A stretch of 64,000 bases of DNA from Xanthobacteraceae bacterium (GCA_019745775.1 JAIESR010000020.1:12339-76338); one strand, 5' to 3'; shown: positions 20,061 to 29,972, counted from the first letter of the stretch. Notes: generated by a model from the sequence alone, not told the origin. Translations and numbers: made by a program.

Positions 20061-21143
20061 ATGCGCACGGATCTTTTCGATTTCGACCTGCCGCCCGAGC
20101 GGATTGCGCTGCGCCCCATCGCGCCGCGCGATGCCGCGCGGCTGCTCGTCGTGCGGCCTGGTGCGGAGCCGGAACTCGACGATCGGTCGGTGTGGGAACT
20201 CCCGGCGCTGCTGCGCGCTGGTGACGTCGTCGTCGTCAATGACACCAAAGTGATCCCGGCGCGGCTGAAGGGCCGGCGTATCGGGCGCGGTACCGAGCCC
20301 GCGATCGAGGCGACATTGCACCGCCGGCTCGATGGATCGCGCTGGCGCGCCTTTGTGAAGCCGGCGAAGCGGCTCGCCACCGGCGACATCGTGCGCTTCG
20401 GCGATGAGGGCAAGGTCTGCTTCCTCGGCCAGCTCGACGCGACCGTCGAGGAGAAAGGTGAGGGCGGCGAGGTCACGCTCGCGTTCGCATTCCACGGGCC
20501 GGTGCTCGACCAGGCGGTCGAGGAACGCGGCGACATGCCGTTGCCGCCCTATATCGCGGCGCGACGCGCACCCGACGCGCGCGACCATGCCGACTACCAG
20601 ACGCTGTTCGCGCACGACGAGGGCTCGGTGGCGGCGCCGACCGCGGGACTGCATTTCACGCCGGCGCTGGCGGATGCGCTCGCCCGGCGCGGCATCGCCA
20701 TTCACAAGGTCACGCTGCATGTCGGCGCCGGCACGTTCCTGCCGGTGAAGGTCGACGACACGGCGGATCACCGGATGCACCCGGAAGGCGGCACGGTCAG
20801 CGGCGAGACTGCCGATGCGATCAATGCCGCCCGCGCGGCCGGCGGCCGCATCGTCGCGGTCGGTTCGACGTCGCTCCGGCTGCTCGAGAGCGCCGCGGAT
20901 GAGGCCGGCGTGGTGCGGCCGTTCTCGGGCGAGACCTCGCTCTTCATCACGCCTGGCTATCGTTTCCGCGCGGTCGACGTGATGATGACCAATTTCCACC
21001 TGCCGCGGTCGACGCTGTTCATGCTGGTGTCGGCGTTTTGTGGGCTTGATCGGATGAAGCGCGCCTATGCGCACGCCATCGCGGCCGGTTATCGGTTCTA
21101 TTCCTACGGCGATGCGTGCCTTATGTTCAGGAACCCGGAATAG
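20061..21143 (+). CDS. queA: S-adenosylmethionine:tRNA ribosyltransferase-isomerase
   Basis: [19 protein letters not shown]..., [31 protein letters not shown] and [10 protein letters not shown] are QueA hallmarks. Confidence 0.95.
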   Translation: MRTDLFDFDLPPERIALRPIAPRDAARLLVVRPGAEPELDDRSVWELPALLRAGDVVVVNDTKVIPARLKGRRIGRGTEPAIEATLHRRLDGSRWRAFVKPAKRLATGDIVRFGDEGKVCFLGQLDATVEEKGEGGEVTLAFAFHGPVLDQAVEERGDMPLPPYIAARRAPDARDHADYQTLFAHDEGSVAAPTAGLHFTPALADALARRGIAIHKVTLHVGAGTFLPVKVDDTADHRMHPEGGTVSGETADAINAARAAGGRIVAVGSTSLRLLESAADEAGVVRPFSGETSLFITPGYRFRAVDVMMTNFHLPRSTLFMLVSAFCGLDRMKRAYAHAIAAGYRFYSYGDACLMFRNPE

Positions 21144-21160
21144 GGAGAGGAGGGGAATCA

Positions 21161-21493
21161 ATGGACCAAACGTTGCGTCTCGGCCGCATCGTCCTCGAGG
21201 ACACGCAGGCCGCCCACCAGCAGGTCACGGTCGACCTGGTGTTTCAGGGCAACGCCGTCAAAGGCGGCATTGAATTTTACGGGGTTTGGCAGGACCGCAA
21301 TGACGGCAGCATCTGCCCGTTCGTGCTGAACGAGAATGGCGAGGCGGATTTCGGCACCGGTTATGGCGGCGAAGACCGCATCTACCAGTTCGACATCCTG
21401 ACCGCCCCGCTCGGGCTCGGCAATCCGGTCGGCTGGCGCAGCGATCAATATGACACGCAGATGAAAGTGATATCGATCACCCAGCTGGTTTGA
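21161..21493 (+). CDS. Hypothetical 110-aa protein embedded between queA and tgt
   Basis: ATG 21161 follows ggagagGAGGgg. Third-position GC is high, like the neighbouring genes. The stop TGA shares one base with the tgt ATG (TGATG). No family recognised. Confidence 0.55.
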   Translation: MDQTLRLGRIVLEDTQAAHQQVTVDLVFQGNAVKGGIEFYGVWQDRNDGSICPFVLNENGEADFGTGYGGEDRIYQFDILTAPLGLGNPVGWRSDQYDTQMKVISITQLV

Positions 21494-22623
21494 TGGCGTT
21501 TTCTTTCCGACTGATCGCGACCGACGGCGCGGCGCGCTGCGGTGAAATCATCACGCCGCACGGTCCGGTGCGCACGCCCGCGTTCATGCCCGTCGGCACC
21601 CAGGCGACTGTCAAAGGGCTCGAGCCCGAGACCGTGCGCGAAACCGGCGCCGACATCCTGCTCGGCAACACCTATCACCTGATGCTGCGGCCCGGCGCCG
21701 AGCGCATTGCGGCGCTCGGCGGGCTGCACACCTTCATGCGATGGCCGCACGCCATTCTGACCGACTCCGGCGGCTTCCAGGTGATGTCGCTGGCTACCCT
21801 GCGCAAGATCGAGGAGCGCTGCGTCATCTTTCGCTCGCATCTCGATGGCGCGACCTTCGAGCTGTCACCCGAACGCGCCGTCGAGATTCAGGGCCTCCTC
21901 GGCGCCGACATCTCGATGCAGCTCGACGAATGCATCCGCCTGCCGGCGGAGCGCGCCGAGATCGAGCGCGCCATGCAATTGTCGCTGCGCTGGGCCGAGC
22001 GCTCACGCCGCACGTTCGACGCGCGTCCCGCCGATGGACGCGCCCTGTTCGGCATCGTCCAGGGCGGCGACGATCCGGCGCTGCGGATCGAGAGTGCGCG
22101 CAAATTGGTCGATATCGGATTCGAGGGCTATGCCATCGGTGGCCTTGCGGTCGGTGAAACGGCGGAGGTGATGCGTGCGACGATCGATGCGACCGTGCCC
22201 GCCATGCCTGTCGAGCGTCCGCGCTACCTGATGGGCGTCGGCACGCCGGAAGACCTGCTGGAGGCGGTCGCGCGCGGCATCGACATGTTCGACTGCGTGA
22301 TGCCGACCCGCAACGGCCGCCACGGCGTCGCCTTCACGCGGTTCGGGCCGATCAACCTCAAGAACGCGCGCCATGCCGACGATCCGCGGCCGCTCGACGA
22401 GGAGAGCGCGTTCCCGGCGACGCGCGACTATGCGCGCGCCTACCTGCACCATCTGGTGAAGAGCAACGAGTCGCTCGGCGCCGTCCTGCTGTCGGCGATC
22501 AATCTCGCCTATTACCAGCAATTGACTGCCGGAATGCGCACAGCCATCGCCGCGCATCGGTTCGGCGAGTTCCGGGCCGAAACTGCCGCCCAATGGGTAC
22601 GTGGGGATTTGCCGCGTTTCTGA
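21493..22623 (+). CDS. tgt: tRNA-guanine transglycosylase
   Basis: [32 protein letters not shown] and [11 protein letters not shown] (Zn site) are Tgt hallmarks. Confidence 0.95.
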   Translation: MAFSFRLIATDGAARCGEIITPHGPVRTPAFMPVGTQATVKGLEPETVRETGADILLGNTYHLMLRPGAERIAALGGLHTFMRWPHAILTDSGGFQVMSLATLRKIEERCVIFRSHLDGATFELSPERAVEIQGLLGADISMQLDECIRLPAERAEIERAMQLSLRWAERSRRTFDARPADGRALFGIVQGGDDPALRIESARKLVDIGFEGYAIGGLAVGETAEVMRATIDATVPAMPVERPRYLMGVGTPEDLLEAVARGIDMFDCVMPTRNGRHGVAFTRFGPINLKNARHADDPRPLDEESAFPATRDYARAYLHHLVKSNESLGAVLLSAINLAYYQQLTAGMRTAIAAHRFGEFRAETAAQWVRGDLPRF

Positions 22624-22713
22624 AATACCCCTCGACGCGGCCGTATTGGCAAAGCACAATGGAATCCATCCAAACAGAAACGTCAGACAACGCCGACTTG
22701 AGGAGACGCGACC

Positions 22714-23181
22714 ATGGCCGTCAGTTTGAAGGTCAACGGTGCGACGCGCTCGGTGAACGCCGAGCCCGATACGCCGCTGCTCTACGCCTTGCGCAACGAT
22801 CTCGAGCTCAACGCGGCCAAGTTCGGCTGCGGCCTGTCGCAATGCGGCGCCTGCACGGTGCTGGTCGACGGCGTGCCGACGCGCTCCTGCGCGACGCCGC
22901 TCAGCCGGGTCGGGCAGTCGGAGGTGATCACCCTTGAAGGGCTCGGCACCACCGCCAAGCTGCATCCGTTGCAGCAGGCTTTCATCGATGAGCAGGCCGG
23001 CCAGTGCGGCTACTGCCTCAACGGCATGATCATGGCCGCGAAGGCGCTGCTCGACAAAAATCCGCGGCCGACCGAGGCGCAGGTGCGCGACGGGCTTGCC
23101 GGCAATCTCTGCCGCTGCGGCAGCCACAACCGCATCGTGCGCGCGGTCCTGCGCGCGGCCCAGACCAACGGGAGGATCTGA
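22714..23181 (+). CDS. [2Fe-2S] small subunit of an IorA/aldehyde-oxidoreductase-type molybdenum hydroxylase
   Basis: CGLSQCGACTV, GQCGYCLNGMIM and NLCRCGSH cluster motifs. 155 aa. Confidence 0.85.
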   Translation: MAVSLKVNGATRSVNAEPDTPLLYALRNDLELNAAKFGCGLSQCGACTVLVDGVPTRSCATPLSRVGQSEVITLEGLGTTAKLHPLQQAFIDEQAGQCGYCLNGMIMAAKALLDKNPRPTEAQVRDGLAGNLCRCGSHNRIVRAVLRAAQTNGRI

Positions 23182-23183
23182 TC

Positions 23184-25394
23184 ATGAATGCTTCCCATCT
23201 GACACGCCGCGATTTCACCGCCGGGATCGGCGGCATCGTTCTCGCCTTCAGCCTGACGCCGGCCGCGCTGACGCAACAGGCGCCGCGGCTGCCGGGCAGC
23301 CTGCAAACCAACCGCATGCTCAGCGCCTGGCTCGCGATCAACGCCGACGGCACCGCCACGGTCTTCACCGGCAAGGTGGAATTGGGGCAGGGCATTCTCA
23401 CCGCGTTGGCCCAGATCGCCGCGGAAGAGCTCGACCTGCCGCTGTCGCGCGTGCGCATCATCTCCGGCGATACCGGCCGCACGCCGAATGAAGGCCAGAC
23501 CGCCGGCAGCCAGTCGGTGGAAAACAGCGGAACCGCGCTGCGGCTCGCGGGCGCCGAGGTGCGCGCGATCCTGCTCGACCTCGCCGCCAAGAAGTTCGGC
23601 GTCGGCGCCGACACCCTGAAAGTCGCCGATGGCGTCATCACGGCGGCGGACGGCCGCAAGGTCGGCTACGGCGATCTCGCCAAGGAGGCCGATCTCAAGC
23701 GCGAAGCGACCGGCAAGGTGGCGCCGAAGCCGACGGCGCAACATCGCATCGTCGGGCAATCGATCCCGCGCGTCGACCTCGCCGCCAAGGTCACGGGCGG
23801 CGCGGCGTTCGTGCAGGATCTGCGCCTGCCCGGCATGGTGCACGGGCGTGTGGCCCGCCCGCCGCAGTATGGCGCGCAGCTTGAATCGTTCGACGAAGCC
23901 AAGGTGCGGGCGATGCCCGGCGTCGTCGCGCTGGTGCGCGACGGCAGCTTCCTCGCCGTCGCCGCGGAGCGCGAAGAGCAGGCGATCAAGGCCGTCGAGG
24001 CTCTGTCAGCATCGGCGAAATGGAAGGCCGGGCCGGCGCTGCCCGATCCCGCCCGTCTCTACGAGCAGCTCAAGGCGTTGCCGACCCAGGACACCACCAT
24101 CAGCAACAAGGAGGCGCCGCTGCTCGCTTCCGGCGCCAAGGTGGTCGAAGCGACCTATCACCGGCCGTACCAGGCGCATGCCGCGCTCGGACCGTCCTGC
24201 GCGGTCGCGCAGTTGCGGGACGGGCAGTTGACGGTCTGGTCGCATACGCAGGGTGTGTTCCCGCTGCGCGCGACGATGGCGCGGGCGCTCGGCATGAAGC
24301 CGCCGTCGATCCGTTGCATCCACATGGAAGGTGCGGGCTGCTACGGCCACAACGGCGCCGACGACGTGGCGCTCGATGCGGCGCTTATCGCGCGCGCCAC
24401 CAACGGCCGTCCGGTCCGCGTGCAGTGGATGCGGGCCGAGGAGTTCATGTGGGAGCCCTACGGGCCCGCCATGACCATGCAGGCCAAGGGTGCCGTCGCC
24501 GACGGGCGCATCGTCGACTGGAACTACGACGTCTGGAGCCAGAGCCACAACATGCGACCGGGCGACCCCGACGGGATCAACCTGTTGTCGAGCTGGTACC
24601 TGGCCGATGCCAAGACGCCGGGCCCGGCGCGTCAGGCCGGACCGCCGAACTATGCCGGCGATCGTAACGCGATACCGACCTACGACCTGCCGCGGCAGCG
24701 CATCACCCACCATTTGATCAAGGACAATCCGTTGCGCACCTCGGCGCTGCGCACGCTCGGCGGCTACGCCAACGTGTTCGCGGTGGAATCGTTTATGGAC
24801 GAGCTCGCCGCTGCGGCCGGTGTCGATCCGGTTGCATTTCGGCTGGCGCATGTGAAGGATCCGCGCGAGAAGGCGGTGATCGAGGCGGTGGCCAAGGCGG
24901 CGAACTGGAAGCCCGGCGAGAAGGGCGACGGCGTGCGTGGCCGCGGCATCGGCTATTCCCGCTACAAGACGGTCGCGGCCTACAACGCGGTTATTGTCGA
25001 AGTCGAAGTCGACCGGACCAGCGGCCGGATCAAGATACCGCGTGCCTGGACCTCGGTTGATGCCGGTCTGATCATCAGTCCCGACGGCCTGATCAACCAG
25101 ATAGAAGGCGGGCTCATCCAATCGGCAAGCTGGACGCTGCACGAGGCGGTTCGCTTCGACCGCAGCGGCATCACGTCGCGCGATTGGGCAAGCTACCCGA
25201 TCATGACGATGCCGGACGTGCCCAAAGTGGAGACGGTGCTGTTGAATCGTCCCAACGACCGTCCGCTCGGTGCCGGCGAGGCATCGCAGGGACCGACGGT
25301 CGCGGCCATTGCCAACGCTTTTGCCGCGGCGACCGGGCGGCGGCTGCGTGAACTGCCGTTCGATCCGGCGCGGGTGAAGGCCGCGCTCGCCTGA
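23184..25394 (+). CDS. Molybdopterin-binding large subunit (IorB-like), Tat-exported
   Basis: ATG 23184 lies 2 nt after the small-subunit stop. Tat signal TRRDFTAGIGGIVLAFSL. Aldehyde oxidase / xanthine dehydrogenase a/b-hammerhead-like regions, and GAGEAS near the C-terminus. Confidence 0.8.
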   Translation: MNASHLTRRDFTAGIGGIVLAFSLTPAALTQQAPRLPGSLQTNRMLSAWLAINADGTATVFTGKVELGQGILTALAQIAAEELDLPLSRVRIISGDTGRTPNEGQTAGSQSVENSGTALRLAGAEVRAILLDLAAKKFGVGADTLKVADGVITAADGRKVGYGDLAKEADLKREATGKVAPKPTAQHRIVGQSIPRVDLAAKVTGGAAFVQDLRLPGMVHGRVARPPQYGAQLESFDEAKVRAMPGVVALVRDGSFLAVAAEREEQAIKAVEALSASAKWKAGPALPDPARLYEQLKALPTQDTTISNKEAPLLASGAKVVEATYHRPYQAHAALGPSCAVAQLRDGQLTVWSHTQGVFPLRATMARALGMKPPSIRCIHMEGAGCYGHNGADDVALDAALIARATNGRPVRVQWMRAEEFMWEPYGPAMTMQAKGAVADGRIVDWNYDVWSQSHNMRPGDPDGINLLSSWYLADAKTPGPARQAGPPNYAGDRNAIPTYDLPRQRITHHLIKDNPLRTSALRTLGGYANVFAVESFMDELAAAAGVDPVAFRLAHVKDPREKAVIEAVAKAANWKPGEKGDGVRGRGIGYSRYKTVAAYNAVIVEVEVDRTSGRIKIPRAWTSVDAGLIISPDGLINQIEGGLIQSASWTLHEAVRFDRSGITSRDWASYPIMTMPDVPKVETVLLNRPNDRPLGAGEASQGPTVAAIANAFAAATGRRLRELPFDPARVKAALA

Positions 25395-25429
25395 GCAGCA
25401 GGCGCGCTCGCTTGACGTCGTTCTGGTAT

Positions 25430-25463
25430 ACCCGCCCCGCCGATTTCGGGGGCGGGTGCTTTA
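25430..25463 (+). terminator. Intrinsic terminator-like hairpin after the Mo-hydroxylase genes
   Basis: acccgcccc (25430-25438) pairs with ggggcgggt (25449-25457), followed by gcttta. The U-tract is weak. Confidence 0.5.
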
Positions 25464-25477
25464 CGGCATTTCCGTAA

Positions 25478-25493
25478 CGTGAGAGTCTTCACG
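25478..25493. promoter_or_regulatory. CRP/FNR-type dyad cGTGA-N6-TCACg upstream of the LVIVD genes
   Basis: cgtga gagtct tcacg, centred about 71 nt upstream of ATG 25557. An adjacent dyad ttacgg-N5-ccgtaa lies at 25461-25477. Confidence 0.3.
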
Positions 25494-25556
25494 CACGGCA
25501 AGCTGCGCCCCGCCGGCGACGGTTCCGCCCATAACAGAATTCAGGGAGGCGACACT

Positions 25557-27038
25557 ATGAGACATCCATCATCCATTTCCTCGTCCCGCCGATTGCTTCT
25601 GGGTGCCGGCGCGGTCATCGGCGTGACGGCGCTCACGGCCGTGCCGGCGCTGTCCCAGCAGCAGCAGCGCGTCGGCGCGCCGCCGGAAGCCAAGAACATG
25701 CGGCTCGTCGGCCACCACGATCTGCAGGCGCGCAGCGGCTATCAGCCCGTGATCCATCGGCACGGCGACCGCTACATCGCCTATGTCGGGCATCACGGCG
25801 GCACCGGTGCGGTCGCGAAGCCCGTCAACCCGATGACCGGCAACGCCGAAAACAACGGCACGTCGATCATCGACGTCACCGATCCGAAGAATCCGAAGTA
25901 CCTGGCCCACGTTCCGGGCGACGAAGGCCTGGGCGAGTCGGGTGGCGCGCAGATGGTGCGGCTGTGCGACGGCAAGACCCTGCCGAAGGGCGATCCCAAC
26001 GCGGTCTACATGCTGCGCGTGTTCGGCAACAAGGGACACGAAATCTGGAACGTTGCCGATCCGGCGGCCCCCAAGAAAGTCAGCACGATCTCGACCGGCC
26101 TGGTGAACACCCACAAGAACTGGTGGGAATGCGACACTGGTATTGCCTACCTCGTGTCCGGCCTGAAGGAATGGCGTACCCGCCGGATGACGGAGATCTT
26201 CGACCTCAGCGATCCCGCGAAGCCGGTGAAAATCCGTGACTTCGGGCTGGTTGGACAAGAGCCGGGCTCGACCGGCACGGTTCCGACCGACCTGCACGGC
26301 ATGATTTCGTTGGGCCCCAAGGAAAATCGCGTGATCTTCGCCTACGGCACCAACCGCGGCGGAATCGTGCAGATCGTCGATCGGCAGAAGCTGTTGACCG
26401 GGCCGAAGGAGCCGACGCCTGAGAACCTGCGCGCGCCGGTCATCGGTCAGCTCGAAATGCCGCTCAATGGCGCCCACTCCGCGATCCCGCTCGGCAAGAT
26501 GAAAATCGCCGAGTTCTCCAAGGACATGGCGGGCGGCACGCGCGACATCATCATGATCGTGAACGAGTCGCTGGCGAACGAATGTGAGGCGCGCGAGACG
26601 CGTCAGATGGTGTTTTTCGTCGACGCCACCGTGGAAAGCCGGCCGACTGTCGTGTCGAACTTCAACGTGCCGGAAGCGAGCGGCAATTTCTGCTCGCGCG
26701 GCGGCCGCTTCGGTGCGCACTCCGCGAACGAAAGCACCGCGCCGGTGTTCCACCAAAAGGTCGCGCTCGTTACCTGGTTCAATGCGGGCGTGCGGGCGGT
26801 CGATATCCGCGACCCGTATTCGCCGAAGGAGATCGGCTACTTCATCCCGTCGATCACCGAAGCGACGACGCAACGCTGCATCAAGGTCGACGGCAAGGAT
26901 CGCTGCAAGATCGCGATCCAGAGCAACAACGTCGAGACCGACGATCGCGGCTACATCTACGTCGCCGACCGCGCCAACACCGGCCTGCATATCCTCGAAC
27001 TGACCGGCGATGCGCGCAGCGTCGCCGGCCTGAAATAA
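25557..27038 (+). CDS. Tat-signal secreted beta-propeller protein with LVIVD-type repeats
   Basis: ATG 25557 follows gggagg. Signal SSSRRLLLGAGAV...ALSQ. Repeated hydrophobic-D-x-x-D-P-x-x-P units (IIDVTDPKNPKYL, IFDLSDPAKPVKI, AVDIRDPYSPKEI) and YIYVADRANTGLHILEL. Confidence 0.7.
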   Translation: MRHPSSISSSRRLLLGAGAVIGVTALTAVPALSQQQQRVGAPPEAKNMRLVGHHDLQARSGYQPVIHRHGDRYIAYVGHHGGTGAVAKPVNPMTGNAENNGTSIIDVTDPKNPKYLAHVPGDEGLGESGGAQMVRLCDGKTLPKGDPNAVYMLRVFGNKGHEIWNVADPAAPKKVSTISTGLVNTHKNWWECDTGIAYLVSGLKEWRTRRMTEIFDLSDPAKPVKIRDFGLVGQEPGSTGTVPTDLHGMISLGPKENRVIFAYGTNRGGIVQIVDRQKLLTGPKEPTPENLRAPVIGQLEMPLNGAHSAIPLGKMKIAEFSKDMAGGTRDIIMIVNESLANECEARETRQMVFFVDATVESRPTVVSNFNVPEASGNFCSRGGRFGAHSANESTAPVFHQKVALVTWFNAGVRAVDIRDPYSPKEIGYFIPSITEATTQRCIKVDGKDRCKIAIQSNNVETDDRGYIYVADRANTGLHILELTGDARSVAGLK

Positions 27039-27073
27039 CACGGCGAACGCCGGATAACGGGAAGGAGATCACC

Positions 27074-28561
27074 ATGGACCGCGTCTGCGGCAAGTCGTGC
27101 CGTGCCCTGCTGGGCACGGCGTCCGTCGGAGCCATTGTCGGGCTGTTGACGATTCCGGGCCTGACGCAGACGCGTCCCCAGGCGCCCAAGGTCGGCGATC
27201 CGCCGGAGGCGATGAACATGCGCCTCGTCGGCCACAACGACCTCCAGGCCCGCACCGCCTATCAGCCGACGATCTTCAAGCAGGGCGGGCGCTACATCGC
27301 CTATGTCGGTCACCACGGCGGCAGCAAGGACAACCCGGCGCCGCATAACCGGTTGACCGGCCAGAACGAGCTCAACGGCACGTCGATCCTCGACGTCACC
27401 GATCCCAAGGCGCCGAAATACCTTGCGCATATTCCGGGCGCAGTCGGCGACGGCGAAGCCGGCGCATCGCAGATGACGCGCCTCTGCGACGGCAAGACGC
27501 TCGGAAAGGGCGACCCCAACCGGGTCTATCTGCTCCGCACCTTCGGCCGCGAAGGGCATGAGACCTGGGACGTCACCGATCCGACCCAGCCGAAGGTGCT
27601 GTGGCGGCACCTTGGCATGACCGACACCCACAAGAATTTCTGGGAATGCGCGGCGGGCGGCATCGCCTATCTGGTGTCGCGTCCAAAGGGCTGGCGCGCG
27701 CGCATCGTCGAAGTGTTCGACATGAGCGATCCCGCGAAACCGGTGAAGATCCGCGACTTCGGATTGCCCGGCCAGGAACCGGGCGCGCAAGGCGCGGTGC
27801 CGGTCACCGTCCACGGGATGGTGTCGACCGGCGCCAAGGGCAACCGTATCTACCTGGCCTATGGCACCAACCGCGGCGGAATTCTGCAGATCCTCGACCG
27901 CGAGAAGCTTCTCAATGGGCCGAAGGAGCCGACGCCGGAAAACTTCCGCTATCCGGAGATCGCGCTCATGCCGATGACGCCGCTGGTCGGCGCGCATACG
28001 GCGATGCCGCTCGGCCGCATCAAGATCGAGGAATTCGCCAAGGACCAGGACAAGGGCGACCGTGAATTCGTGATGATCGTCAACGAGACGTTCCGCGAGG
28101 AATGCGGCGAAGCGCGCCAGATGGTGTGGTTCGTCGACACCACGATCGAGAAGTTTCCGATGGTGGTGTCGAACTGGACCGTGCCGGAGGCGAGCGGCAA
28201 TTTCTGCACGCGCGGCGGCCGCTTCGGCGCGCACTCTTCCAATGAGGACATGGGGGCGCCCTATTATCAGAAGCTGACCTTCATCACGTTCTTCAATGCC
28301 GGCGTCCGCGTGCTCGACGTGCGCAATCCCTATCAGCCGAAGGAAGTCGCCTACTTCATCCCGCCGATCAGCGAGACGACGTCGCAACGCTGCGGCATGA
28401 TCGGCGGCCAGCAGCGTTGCAGCAACGCCACCATCCAAAGCAACAATGCCGAAACCGACGATCGCGGCTATATCTACATCGCGGATCGTTCCAACACCGG
28501 CCTGCACATTGTGGAACTGACTGGCGACGCCCGCGCCATCGCGGGCCTGCCGCCGAACTAA
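27074..28561 (+). CDS. Paralogous secreted LVIVD-repeat beta-propeller protein
   Basis: Roughly 60% identical by eye to the upstream protein, with the same conserved Cys and His positions. In the signal region, RR is replaced by CR (SCRALLG). Confidence 0.7.
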   Translation: MDRVCGKSCRALLGTASVGAIVGLLTIPGLTQTRPQAPKVGDPPEAMNMRLVGHNDLQARTAYQPTIFKQGGRYIAYVGHHGGSKDNPAPHNRLTGQNELNGTSILDVTDPKAPKYLAHIPGAVGDGEAGASQMTRLCDGKTLGKGDPNRVYLLRTFGREGHETWDVTDPTQPKVLWRHLGMTDTHKNFWECAAGGIAYLVSRPKGWRARIVEVFDMSDPAKPVKIRDFGLPGQEPGAQGAVPVTVHGMVSTGAKGNRIYLAYGTNRGGILQILDREKLLNGPKEPTPENFRYPEIALMPMTPLVGAHTAMPLGRIKIEEFAKDQDKGDREFVMIVNETFREECGEARQMVWFVDTTIEKFPMVVSNWTVPEASGNFCTRGGRFGAHSSNEDMGAPYYQKLTFITFFNAGVRVLDVRNPYQPKEVAYFIPPISETTSQRCGMIGGQQRCSNATIQSNNAETDDRGYIYIADRSNTGLHIVELTGDARAIAGLPPN

Positions 28562-28601
28562 CAAATGTGCTGCGGCCGCGGGCCGCGGCGCCTGATAATG
28601 C

Positions 28602-28755
28602 GCCCTCTCCCCTTGCGGGAGAGGGCAGCTCCGAGTGTCCAACAAGCGCGGATGGGTGAGGGGTGTGTCTCACACAAAGAGCTCTAAAAGATACCCCTAA
28701 CCCATTCGAGTGCACTGACAGTTCTGAGTAGCCCTCTCCCGCAGGGGGAGAGGGC
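28602..28755. repeat. MITE/REP-like element with terminal inverted hairpins
   Basis: The ends gccctctccc-cttgc-gggagagggc (28602-28626) and gccctctccc-gcagg-gggagagggc (28731-28755) are reverse complements of each other. The internal arms are imperfect inverted repeats (ggatgggtgaggggtgtgtc vs gatacccctaacccattc). Confidence 0.65.
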
Positions 28756-28790
28756 ACGAGACGCCCATCCGGAATTCGCTGCAACGCTAT

Positions 28791-29903
28791 TCACCGCCAC
28801 GGATCGACGGCGCAATGGATGGCATCGCCCTGGCCTTCGCCGCCGACCGTGCGCAGCGCTTCGTCCACCGCATCGAGCGCGAAGGTGTGGGTGCACATCT
28901 CCTCCAGCGGATATTTGCCGCTCGCCAGGATCTGCAGGCCGAGCTCGACGGCCTGGTAGCTGTGGCCGCGCATCCCTTTCACCGACAGGAAGCGGGTGAA
29001 CAGGATGTCGACGTCGAACTGCGGTACCGGCGCGCCCTTGCGGCCGCCAATGAGGATGCGCCCGCCTTTGCGCGCAAGCTGGATCGCGGACACGACCGTC
29101 CATGGTCCGCCGGACGCGCAATCGATCACCACGTCCGCCATGGCGCCGCCGGTGATGTCGGCGACGGTCTTGATGAGGTCCTGCGCTTCCACGTCGATGG
29201 TGTGGTGGGCGCCGAGCCGCTTCGCCAAGGCGAGACGTTTCTGGTCGGTCGGCGTGCCCAAGCCTGTGACGATGATCGCCTTCGCGCCCGCCTCCCTGGC
29301 GGCGACCACACAGGCGAGGCCTTGCTGGCCCGGGCCCTGGATGACGATCGCTTCGCCGACGCCGACCTTGCCCTGGAGGTAGGCCCATTCGACGCCGTTG
29401 CCGAGCGGCAGCGCCAGCGTCGCCAGCGTCGACGACAGCCTGTCGGGGACACGGTGAAACACCGAGTTCGGGTGCAGGTACTGGTGTTGGCTGTAGCCGC
29501 CCCACAGCGAGGGCGCCTGGCTGATCGGGGTCGAGCCGTAGCGCACGGTGCCGGGCTTGTTGAGCGTGTCGGTCGCGTCGCACAGGCGGAAGTCGCCGCC
29601 GCGGCAATAGTCGCAATGCCCGCACGGCAGATACTCTTCGAGCGCGACCCGATCGCCTTCCTTGACGCCGAAGCGCTGCGCCGCGACGCGCCCGAGCTTG
29701 GCGACCGTGCCGACGGTCTCGTGCCCGAGGATGAGCGGTCCCTTCGACTTCGGATATTTCAGGTAGTACGGCCAGTCGCTGCCGCAGACGCCGCAAAGCT
29801 CCACGCGCAGCAGGCCGCCGTCCACGGGAATGTCCGGGGACGCGAATTCACGCACCTCGGTGCGACGGATGTCGGTGGAAACGGCAGCGCGGATGGCGGT
29901 CAC
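28791..29903 (-). CDS. Zinc-dependent alcohol dehydrogenase (MDR family)
   Basis: CGVCGSDWP, GHETVGTV, the structural Zn site CGHCDYCRGGDFRLC and the GxGxxG-like IQGPGQQGL. Confidence 0.85.
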   Translation of the reverse strand: MTAIRAAVSTDIRRTEVREFASPDIPVDGGLLRVELCGVCGSDWPYYLKYPKSKGPLILGHETVGTVAKLGRVAAQRFGVKEGDRVALEEYLPCGHCDYCRGGDFRLCDATDTLNKPGTVRYGSTPISQAPSLWGGYSQHQYLHPNSVFHRVPDRLSSTLATLALPLGNGVEWAYLQGKVGVGEAIVIQGPGQQGLACVVAAREAGAKAIIVTGLGTPTDQKRLALAKRLGAHHTIDVEAQDLIKTVADITGGAMADVVIDCASGGPWTVVSAIQLARKGGRILIGGRKGAPVPQFDVDILFTRFLSVKGMRGHSYQAVELGLQILASGKYPLEEMCTHTFALDAVDEALRTVGGEGQGDAIHCAVDPWR

Positions 29904-29972
29904 GGACGGAGCTTTTCAAGAAAGCGGGCCGCGCACAAGTCTTCGCCGCCTGGCCGAAGCGGAGAGAAAGGA

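Noticed and set aside
22624-22713. A possible Moco riboswitch upstream of the molybdenum hydroxylase genes.
   Set aside because: The spacer is about 90 nt, shorter than the motif, and I could not find the conserved Moco RNA core sequences.
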